Positions 12,631-23,300 of a stretch of 64,000 nucleotides of DNA are shown here, one piece after another (within the stretch, counting starts at the first letter, position 1; each line of letters starts with the position of its first letter). The translations under genes were made by a program, and so were the position numbers. Location: NCBI GenBank assembly GCA_965113315.1, contig OZ220368.1. One strand, 5' to 3'. The notes beneath the pieces were generated by a model. It searched no databases, had not been told where the DNA came from, and was given only the letters and a program-made list of their open reading frames with translations. Source of the stretch: Podarcis vaucheri (taxonomy: Eukaryota).

Positions 12631-14937
12631 TCAACAACATCTGGTGGGCCACAGGTTCTCCATCCCTATTCTAGAGCATAAAGCTCAAGAGGACCTGCTG
12701 CCCTCGGAGCCTCTGACCTAGTTAATGTCTCCCCAACAGCTTACTGCCAATGATCTGCTCCTTCCCATTTTGTGTCTCATCTCATCCGCCTCCGCTATCC
12801 CACCACCCTAATCCCCTTGTAGTAAGGAATGCTTAATCCCTTGGCTTCTAACCCCCCCTCCAATCCATCACATCTCTGCACCTTTAAATCAGCATCATCC
12901 TCCATGCTAAACATCACAGACACAGTTGAGGGGCTGCATGAAATGTTAAAAGGGTAGCCTCTCCCACGGAGCCCAGATCAAAGGGAGCCTGCTCTCAAAG
13001 GTCCAAGGATGGAGCAGATGGCTTGAGTGCCTTATCTGCAGCCAGCCCCCACCTCCACACTATCCTAGGTTGCCCTGCAATGGAGGGATCTTAGCAGCTG
13101 CCCAGCCGGCTCTGGGATTTTCACTCCCGCCAAGATAGCTAGGCTCCTCCTGACGTTAACCCCGGAAGACTCAGCTTCACGGCTCAGAACACCTTGTCTC
13201 ACACAGGTGGGTGGCAATTCAAAGCAGAAGGCTGTAAGTCAGGATTGTGGGGAACTGGAAGAACAGGAAGAAAAACCCCTCTGGGGGATGATGTACCAGT
13301 GAGTGAGAAGATCCATCCAGGAATGAGAAAGGGTGCTAGTTGCAGGAATACCTGTTGCAGGAAAGCACAGGAGGGCAAAGTGTTCTTGGGCTAAGGTTCT
13401 GCTTGCATGTTTTTCCCAGACAGATATGGGTGGCCACTGTAAGAACAGGATCCTGGACCAGATAGGCTATTGGCCTGATCCAGCAGGCCCTTCTTATGTG
13501 GCAGTTATCAGCGGGCATTAAGCAGGATTGGCACAAAGGTTGCCAACAGAAATGACCATTTCTACTGCTTCAACTTTAGCTTCCAGTGGAAGACCCACAC
13601 ACCACGGTATGTTATACACAAGGTTTCAACCTCCTATCAAGGTTGAGTCCCTGCACACTTCTGAAACATTTTTCTTCCCCTGCTCATAAACCATAACAAA
13701 CTTGATGAAATGTCCCTGCCTAGCCTCTCTTCCACCTTTCAATCTTTAACCACGGGTGTTAGGAGGTTGGTCTATCTTGATTAGCATGAATGGGCCTCAT
13801 GCCAAGGGTGTTTTGGGTTTGGGGTTTTTTTTTTTTTTGCCTGGTGAGGGATTTAATGAAAGAATGGTGTCCCATGATAGCTGGAAATCTTTCTCCCCAG
13901 CCTTCAAAACGTGACGCCTATCAGCGTTTGAGTGATGAGCAGGGAGACAACTGAAGGCAGCTGCAGTTACAGATTGAACTGGGACACAGACAGAAGGAGA
14001 TGGCGTTGACATGACCTGTCCACTGCTTGCTCAACATCTTCCTTTTTCATCAGGCTTTTACCCCCACAGAGTTGGAAGTATATGACTGATCCCTTGGAAA
14101 GGGCAAATTCATGCGCCATATCAGGTGTTGATCAACTGTTTTGCTGTGATTTGTCTACGTGCTTTGTTTAGTTTCTTGTTTCCTGTTACTTTTGTTAGGT
14201 ATATATTGTGTATTTAATAGTGCTGTGTTTTGATGCTGTGCTGTTAGCCAATCTGAGCATTTTCTTTTAAATGGAAATATAAATGTTTTTATAAACAAAC
14301 CAAGTAAAAATGTAACAAGCCAAGTTCAACATAGTTCAGGACTGGTTGTTTTTAAGCATCTGCAGCACATTTTCTCCACAACTCGGGGAAAGCCATATAG
14401 GGTCTTGGTTTACCCTCAAGTCACTAATGCAAGTGGTTTTAGTGGGATTCCAGGGTTTTCGTAGCAGATCCGTTAAATCTGTACTACCAAACTCACATGA
14501 TCAGGAGACCTAATTAAGAGAAAACCCCCATATACTGGGTTGTTCATCATTCACCATTTAGTCACCAGGCAAAAAGATTGCTCTTTTCCCAGACCCTTGG
14601 TTAACTAAAGAATCTACAGCCTTTAAAAAAAGAGAGGGGTATTATTTCTGTTTGTTATTATGTTGCACATCTTTGTGTTTTTATATTGGAACTCATCCTG
14701 TGCTCCTTGGGTGAAGGGTGGTGTAGGAATTCAATCAACAAAATAAATGAAAATAAATTACAAAAATCCCCATGCAAGCAGAAGAAGCGCAATGGCAATC
14801 AGGGCAATAGTTGTATGTAGCAGAAGATGCAGGAAGGTTACTAATAGCGAGTCTTAACTCTGTCTGGCCTGCCAGAAAGAACTGCAGAGAAACCACAGCC
14901 TCATCACCAGACTCTATACACTTGGGGCCATTTCGCA

Positions 14938-15152
14938 CATCATCATCATCATCATCATCATCATCGACCTGTCCTCCAAGGAACTCAATGAGGCATACAT
15001 GGTTTCCCACCTCAAAACAACTCTGTGAGGTAGACTAGGCTAAGAGAGAGTGACTGGACCAAGGTCATCCAATGAGCTTCATAGGTGAGCAGGGATTCAA
15101 ACCCTGGTCTCCCAGGTCGTAGTCCAGCACTCTAACTACTATACTACACTGA
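14938..15152 (-). mobile_element. MIR-like SINE with (TGA)n tail (plus-strand CAT repeat 14938-14964)
   Basis: Core ccaaggtcatccaatgagcttc...ggattcaaaccctggtctccc...ctctaactactatactacact. Confidence 0.7.
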
Positions 15153-16536
15153 CCCTTAGAGATAAGTCACTATTTGCCACCAAAAGGACATTCATTATCA
15201 AACGGTAGCCAAATTCAGCTAGTAGTATACATGTACAATACATGTTTTCAGGTGTATCATCTGTACACATTTTAAAAGATACACATTTCCTGAAATTAAT
15301 AAAAAGCCTGACTATGATCCTGAGACCTTGTTTCACCAGGATAATATTTGCATCCTCCAATCAGTGGCAGGAAAAATGTAGCTTGCGGATTTTTTCCAGA
15401 AGCTATTGCAAACATTGCCATCATATACAACACACATAATCTGGCTAAATGGAAGGTGTTGGGGGTGGGGAATCTTTTCAGAGTCCAATAGCCAAAGGCT
15501 GCTGCTAATCAGATTCCTTAGGGATCTTTGCATACCAACCTTGTATAAATGGACAACAGAAAACTTAATGAATAATATCTTTGGTAGTGCTTGACCACAA
15601 ACACATTGCTCTAATCATGGCATGTTATTCTCCCTGCCATCTACACATGCCGTTGGCAGTATCTGGAAATGCATTTACATAAAAGCCCTTCTCTAGGTGT
15701 GAACAGCAATCTCTGATGAATAACATTATTGGTCTGAAAAAGCAGAAGTCATTGGGGAAAGCGAATGTTCTGAACAATTTTCCTGCCCCTGGGGCATCTT
15801 TGTCATGTGTTATTTGTAATTAGTCTTTTTGCAGGCCTAGAGTCCATCAGTAGGAGCAAGTTTGCTGTCAGGCCGTATCCAGCAAGGAAAGATTCACATC
15901 TTGCTATGCAGCTGTGTTGCGTTTTGCACTCCTCACAGTCTTTTTTTTTTTTGCCAAGGCGAGGAGGGAGGGCAGCAATTCTCAACATCTGACGCAATGG
16001 CTGCATTCAGGTGTGCAGCTAAATCATGGTTTAGTGTTATGAGAACGGAGCACTGCAAGCCATCGGCTCATGCACCCCTCCACTTTCATTTTAGAGATTA
16101 ATCACAGCTTGTCATAACATCTGACCCTAGACAAATTATGAGTAATCTTACCTACGGCTTGCTCAAACAAGCCAATTTCAAATGATTTCGAAGCTGGATT
16201 GTTTCAACAAACCACAGTTAAGCTTAACCACGGTTTAGGGTTCCGATGGCACACTAAATCCTGAGTAGCCTAAAACAGAAGTGGAAGGTTCCAATTTCCT
16301 TGCAGTTGCACCAGAAGCAGGAAGGGAGGAATGTGGAAGCCCAAGGCTCACTGCAGCTTGTTCCCAAAAAGCCACACCATGGGTATATTTGGCATTATGT
16401 CCAAACACAGCCAGCCATGTGCTTCTAGCAATATGTCTCCAAATGCCAGTTGCTGGGCACTGAGAATGGGAGAGGGCTATTGTGCTCATGTCCTGTTTAT
16501 GGACTTCTCATAGGCATCTGGTTAACCAATTAAAAT

Positions 16537-16671
16537 CATAGAACTGGAGAGTTGGAATGGACCATGGGTACCATCTAGTCCAACCCCCTGCAATGCTGGA
16601 ATATGCAGCTGTCCCACACAGGGATTGAACCTGCAACCTTGGCATTATCAGAAACATACTCTAACCAACTG
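16537..16671 (-). mobile_element. SINE with tRNA-Ile-derived head and CR1 3' tail
   Basis: Reverse strand reads cagttggttagag...ctgataatgccaaggttgcaggttcaatccc, then cattgcagggggttggactagatg...ttccaactct...ttctatg. Confidence 0.75.
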
Positions 16672-17191
16672 GGAATGCTGGGTGAGATGGGCTGGGGTCT
16701 TCCCCCCAAAATATTCTCTCATTCTTTTTAAGCAGGGTGTATGTGGATGGCACTATATAAGTGTTCCTGCACTCAATACTGTACAAATATTTTACATAAG
16801 CATCTCATCTCCCTGCCTGAGTTAGAAAGAGTCTCTTCACATACACCACACTTTTTCCATGAAGGCTTTGGCACAAGCAATGGTGACTCTTGCCATTCTT
16901 CCATCGCCAGCCACCTCCTCTGGAGCTGGGCTACAAAAGAGGCTGCTGGACCACCATGATGTCCACTTGCATGCATTGTGTAGTATGGCCCCCAGTGACA
17001 CAGGTCCTGACTCTACTGCAAAGCCCTTGGGGGGATTCATTGCAGAAGAGCATAGTCACAGCAAATCTGCAGAACTGGCACGGCTACAGGTGCCACATAA
17101 TACTCATTCCTCATCTGCAATAAATCACTCTTTTAGTGCAGTAGCACCCACACTTTGGAACCCCTGACTACTGGCAGACACCTTCACTGCA

Positions 17192-17436
17192 CAGTCATAC
17201 CTTGGAAGTCAAATGGAATCCATTCCGGAAGTCCGTTTGAGTTCCAAAATGTTTGGAAACCAAGGCACGGCTTCCGATTGGCTGCAGGAAGCTCCTGCAG
17301 CCAATCGAAAGCCGCAGAAGCAGCATTGGACGTTCGGTTCTAAAGAATGTTTGCAAACCGGAACACTTCCAGGTTTGCGGCGTTCAGGAGCCAAAACGTT
17401 CGACTTACAAGGCATTTGACTTCCGAGGTACGACTG
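17192..17436. mobile_element. Tc1/mariner-type MITE, almost fully palindromic
   Basis: cagtcataccttggaagtcaaatg...catttgacttccgaggtacgactg|TA, with central hairpin cgattggctgcagga/tcctgcagccaatcg. Confidence 0.85.
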
Positions 17437-20400
17437 TACCTGCTAAAAACTTTTTGTTTAGGCCAGCCTACCCAGATATGTAGAATGTTTACATGTGTTT
17501 TTAGCTTATTGTTGATTTTAATTATTTCTGAATATTTAAATTGTTGTTTCTTACTGTTTTTGCCGACAATTTCATTGTCCTATTCTTTCTATCAATCAAG
17601 CAGAATATAATTCTTTATGAAATAAATTATTACCATCTACCCACCAGCTGGAAATACAACTGGGCATTTGTTCTCTTGCTTTGACTGGCCACACCAGGAA
17701 AAAACCCTCCCTCTAATTCTGCAGTCACCAGCTCTGGAGTGCCAGCTGCAGCAATTTCCCAATAAACCCCAGCGGCTTGGATTCCCCCTGCATCAGAAGC
17801 CAGGAATACCATTCAGTGGGGCTCCAATGACAGCCAGGGGCTATGTGTATTATCGGCACTCCAATCTATCCACTGTACAGTATTCCCCAGTCCCTGTATT
17901 CCTATCCCCACAGAGCAGGTGCGACCGGCAGCCACCATGCTGAGAGTTTAATTGCCGAGACTCAGGGACAGCTGCTCTTAAGCATCTCCAAATTGGTCTC
18001 CGGCAGGAAGGCCTGCCATCCTCTTCCATGCTATGGAGGGCAGCATTAATAAGGGGGTATCGTTCAGTGATGCTCCTGGGACCTTCTACATATACAAACA
18101 CAATCTCTCCCCTTAGCTTTTTGACAATGTTTGTGATCATCCGGAATACTGAACTTGTGAGCTGGGATGGGAAAAAAGTATGCCATCCCTCTTAGGAAGG
18201 GATAGACTAAAAACATTAACGACTTTGCAAGTCCTGACTTGGCGTGTCAAATCTCTGACAGCAGACAGCATCAGAGACTGTGTATTTTGCCAGAACTCCA
18301 ACCTCAGCAGCTTCACCACAAAAAAAAGGTTTGGGTTTCTAGTTGGTTGGGGGGGGGGTTCTCTTAAGTCTGCATGGGGAGATGCCCAATGCTCACATGA
18401 TAATGATGGTGTCATTTTTAATCAATAACAATTTGGGGTTAGCTTTAGCAGGACGTGTCGTGTCCAATTTGGACGCCATACAGAAAGAATGCCATCGGAG
18501 CAGAGGAAGAAAAGAAAAGAAAATGCAGGGATTAAAATGCAAGATTATGATGTGAAGAAAGACAACCAGGGAATTATGCAGCTGACAGAAAAGACAGCTA
18601 AGTAACTTATATATGGCCTTGCCATAAATCAAACTGAAAGCAAGCAATTTCTTTTGCCACTAAAAGGAGGACAGGAGTCTGTGGGGTTTAACTTGCAGGT
18701 AAACAACAGTCATTCTACAAAATAGGAAGAACTTGGCTGCAACAGCAACTGAGCAACAAAATGATTTGCCTAGGATCTCATGAAATCATCTCCCTTTGAA
18801 GTTTTGGTCATTGTTGTTTTAGAAAGGACGTGTTAACATTTATTTCTGCTGTTTAGGTAGAGAAAACACTAGCCGTGGTAAGGATTTGGCCTACATGATC
18901 TTTGCTGCCCCTGCCAACTTGAAATATAGCTTATACTGAATCAGACTTGGTCCATGTAGTTCAGTATTGTCTACACTGACTAGCAGTAACTCTCCAGAGT
19001 TTCAGATTGGTGTGTTCTTGTTCCAACTAGGGGATGCTAGGGGCTGAACCCAGGACCCCCCCCCCCCCCGCATGTAAGACAGATGCTCTATCACTAAGAT
19101 CTGGCCTTTCCCCAAAACTCAGATGCATCTACCACCCATTCCTACCCTGCCACAAATATCTCCTGTCCTGGCGCCCTGCGAAAGCAGCCTAGTCAAATTG
19201 CCAATGGCAGTTGGCAGGTTTCACTTCACTTTGTGCGTGCTGTAACAATCTGTTATTAGCCTTCCCTGAAGGCAGATGCCAACTGCATCACAAGCAGAAT
19301 TTGGACCATAAATTCAGCTCTAATTCCTGGCGAAAACCTTGTCGAACAGGTGCTGCTACAAAGACCCAGGAGAGTAATAGGCAAGTAATAACTAGTTACT
19401 TGAAGGCGGAGAGCAATTGTAGATGCTGGCCAGGCTAGGCCAGGCTACGTTCCTCCAAGGAGTTCCACCAGCAGATACTTCCCATCCTTGGTAGGGATGA
19501 CTCTAGGGCCAATGAAAGTTGCCAGATTCGCACACACAATGATTCAGTTTCACTAAGGATCAGGTGCAGGCGAGGCACCAACCACACCTGGCGTGATTTT
19601 GCCTTGAGGAAATTACTGCCTATAGAGGCAAAGAGGCTGGGTTGCAAAGAAGTGAGGAGCCCAAAGTTTTGTAGTCATAGCCCATCCTCTCCAAAGCCTC
19701 CAATTCCTGCTGGACAAATAGGGTGCAGGCCTCGAACTCTGGATAAAAGAGGGATGTGTGCTATCAAGCCACCAGATCTAAGTTAGGAAAAGGAGCATCT
19801 GCCAGGTTGAATTAGCTCCAGCACAGAGTGGGAGGCTTTGCAGAAGTGAGTCAACAACATCCTGATTCATGAGATTTAACATGAATGTGGGGAGAGGGAG
19901 GATGTAAGGCGTGTAAGCTCTATCCTGTTTGCCCAAGTGGCTTCTCTCCCTTCCTCCAACTACGCCCACGACCACCACATGTTCCTCACTCGCAGCCCAG
20001 TCCTTTGCGGCCAGAGTGGGGAGGAGGGCAGTCATCAGAGCCAGGATCAGCCCCTGCTGTTCTTGGGCAGAGTCCATAGCCCCAGCAACTGGGAAGGACC
20101 CACCTCCGCCCCTTTCTAAACAAATCTGATCTGGCACTCTAAGCAGTGCCAGATAGGTGGGTATTTCCCACAACGCCCAAAAGCAATGCTACACCAGAGA
20201 CATTGTGGGAAATTAAATGGCAAACAGACACCGCTCTGAGCAATGCCGTTGACTCAGTAAGCCCACCATAGAATGCTGACAGAGGAGGAAGCCCACTAAA
20301 GGACACTTTGCCCAGAGCCCCTTGAACCCGGAACAAGTTGTGAAGGTGCAGCAGAGTATTCTTCGTGGGAAAATCCTTAGTAAGCTTTATATACCTTGCC

Positions 20401-22693
20401 AGCCTTAGCTCATCTATCCATTCAGACATGCGTTCAGCACACACTAGTCTACAACATTATATATTGACGATGCTCACCCACCAATGAAACACAAGAGCCC
20501 ATCTGGAAAATGTGTTCTCCACCCATTTTCAGTAGCATATTTGAAGATAGCAGGGCAATAGCTTCAGCTCCGTCGGTGGAAGGGTCTTCTGGGTACTCAG
20601 TGGAACTTATTTCCCCCTCCACCCTTCCATGTGCCCTTAAAATCGGCTCTAGAAGGTTGGGGGGAACCATCTAGAATGGGAGTAGGAAAGAAAACATTGT
20701 GCCCATGGAACCCTGTTGGCAAAGCACTGAATACAACCCACTGGCATTATGGCATGGCCATAGTCTCTTTTAAAAGTTGCTGGAAATGGTCAGAAACACA
20801 CACTTTGGGATCAGGAACTGCCTCCTGCATGAGGCTACATGTAAGCAAGCCTTGGATGACTAAGCCATTCCTGAGCAGGACTTCTCTCTACCTGATGTCA
20901 CCAGAATTCCAGAAAAAGGAAAGGGAACCTGTAGACTTCCATATGCTGTTGAACTACAACTCCCAGCATCACTGGCTGTTGGCCATGCAGGCTGAGGCAG
21001 ATGGGAGTTGGAGTCCAGCAACATCACGAGGTCCACAGGTTCTGCATCCCTGTTCCAAGAGGCTAAAGCACATTCAAATTATGCAGTTCACAGTCAACTT
21101 TTTGTAAATCCCCCACTATTCAGAGGGGAGCAGGAAGCTGGGAGACCCTTGTTGAACTTGGGTCCTGCATGCAGGCTTCCCACAGGCATCTGGTTAGCTG
21201 CTATGAGAACAGAATACTGGACTGAGTACTGGCTGAGCTTTCGCCTGATGGCTCTTCATATGCTTGCCATAAGTTACCATTTTACCTTTCATCCACCTGT
21301 GGTCCTCTATGCTGAGATTTTGGCACTGGTCCTTCTGTAAGCCCTTGACACCCTGAAGATGAGTTAGCTGTAGCTTTAACATTAACCCAGGGATGGGATG
21401 CCTGTGACCCTCCAGGTGATGCTGGAATACCCTGCCTTCTTTGGATGAAGGCCGCTATACAAATTTAATAAATCAACTCCTATCAGCCCCATCCAGTATG
21501 GCTGATGTTCAGGAATGATGGGAGTTCTAGCTCAGCAACCTTTGCAAGGCCACAGGTTCCCCATCCCTGCATCAGTTTATATCCTACAAACAACAACTGT
21601 CTCTGCTGATGCTTGCCTCTCTGCTTACCCTGCAAAGTTCTGCACTGGGACAGTGGCATTTAATTTAATGTAATTGCAAAGCACAGACACCGGGCATTGT
21701 AATAAAGTGGCAGTGTAGGAAAAGGAGACTATCTGGCTAATTAAAGGGACTGCAACCTTCTCCTGGAACAAAACAGCTATTCTACTCCAGTGACACATTT
21801 CCCCACATACTACACCCATCTCACGCACACAAATTCCACGTCTGTGTTGCAGAAGAGTAGCTGCGTTCATTTCTCAGTTGCAGCAAAAATGCAACAAGCG
21901 GTGGAATTTGACTACCTTTCACTGACAGTAGACCCACTGCAAAGAATGGAGATCATCAATTTCAGTGGGTCTGTGTAAAACTTAGCAGCATACCACCCAA
22001 AAAGTATTGTGGCATATTGAGGAATAAAAAGCATACAGGAGTATAAGCTCTGGGAGCCCATGTTTGTTGTGGGACTATGTCTGGTAGCAATGACACTGAC
22101 ATACTAAAAGCTTCCTTATAGGACAGCCAAATATTTCCCAGCATTCTCCCTCGTCTTCCAGGCACTGATAAACAGAATCTCAGAGATCAGAGGAAGATCA
22201 GCTCCATCTTCCGAATGAATGATCACAGAACAGACCCATCTTGCACTCCTCCTGCCTCACCCGCACTGCCCCAAACACCAAAAGCCACTATTGGTGGCAT
22301 CAAATCATCATGCATTCAGCTCGCATGCAAGGAAAGCCAATTTTATATGGAATTAGCCTCAAGTGGTTGGTTCCATTCAAAGGGAATAGAAAGGAAGGGC
22401 AGGAGGAAGAAGATTCTTTGGCTGGGATACTGGGAGCCTGTGGAAGAGATGGAGGGGAGAGAAACTCTGCAGCTTCGGCTGTTGTCTCAGAGCAAAGACT
22501 GGGGCAGCCAACTGGAGCAGCGCACGGAATCCTGGATCGCCATTTGGCTGTTATGCAACCTCCACCAATTCCAAAAAAGCAAGTCTACTTTGCTGCTGCT
22601 GCTGCTGCTGTACCTTGGCAATGATCAACTAAATGCTTCCTAATTGCAAACAACAGATTAAGCCAGCCTCCCCTGACCTGGTGCTCCGCAGAT

Positions 22694-22852
22694 TATTATT
22701 ATTATTATTAATTACCCACCCATTACCCTAAGGTCCCAGGGTAGGTTACAACAGTTCAAACACAATATTAAAACCAGATTAAAACAACTAACAATCTTAG
22801 AAATGAGGTAGGTCCTAAAAACGTACATCTCAAGTGTCAAAAGCGGGTGTAA
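22694..22852 (-). mobile_element. L2-like 3' end inserted in a URR1-like MITE
   Basis: Reverse complement matches the 3' UTR at 12460-12630; (aat)n tail; agat duplicated at both junctions. Confidence 0.7.
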
Positions 22853-23031
22853 AGATGTTTTGGACTACAACTCCCAGAAGCCCAAGCCAGCATGGCCAAA
22901 ATTCAGGGATGGTGGGAGTTGCAGTCCAGGGCTCCAGGCTGGGGGAGGCAGTGTGGCCATATACCACATATTCAGAATGGTTATTTAGCAAAAGTTTTCT
23001 GGGTGTGATCAGACGCCCTTTCTTTAAAAGC

Positions 23032-23158
23032 TTCCATAGATGTTTTTAAGCAGAGGTTGGATGGCCACCTGTCATGGATGCTTTAGCTGAGATTCCTGCA
23101 TTGCAGGGGGTTGGACTAGATGACCCTTGGGCCCCTTCCAACTCTAAGATTCTATGAT
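23032..23158 (+). mobile_element. CR1 LINE 3' end; similar copies at 28729-28992 and 53988-54107
   Basis: tttaagcagaggttggatggccacctgtc...ttggactagatgaccctt...ccttccaactctaagattctatgat. Confidence 0.85.
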
Positions 23159-23300
23159 GCCATTTGAGAGTAGCCACAAGGCTAGGGGAGCATGAGGTAG
23201 GCATGCAGAGTTTTGGAGCAACTAGACTGCTCCCAAAGCTTCTTTCCCCCAAAACTTGAGATCCAAACCCAGACGCACAGGAATGCATTTGCCACCTTAC

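Larger units (their letters stand above)
11620..12668. mobile_element. hAT/Charlie-type (URR1-like) MITE split by an L2 LINE; other family copies at ~320-422, 20920-21053, 21388-21569, 22664-22951 and 27885-28025
   Basis: Left arm (gatgctgttggactccaactc) at 11620-11720 and right arm (caacaacatctggtgggccacaggttctccatccct) at 12631-12667; ctaga target motif on both flanks. Confidence 0.7.

Noticed and set aside
21641-21660. Possible start of CELSR2 exon 2
   Set aside because: Only a chance QC dipeptide; no matching reading frame or EGF repeats.
23182-23300. C-terminal ~40 aa of the 1198-aa ORF as a secreted CELSR2 isoform
   Set aside because: It lies past a strong GTAAGG donor and is simple intron read-through; there is no evidence for intron retention.
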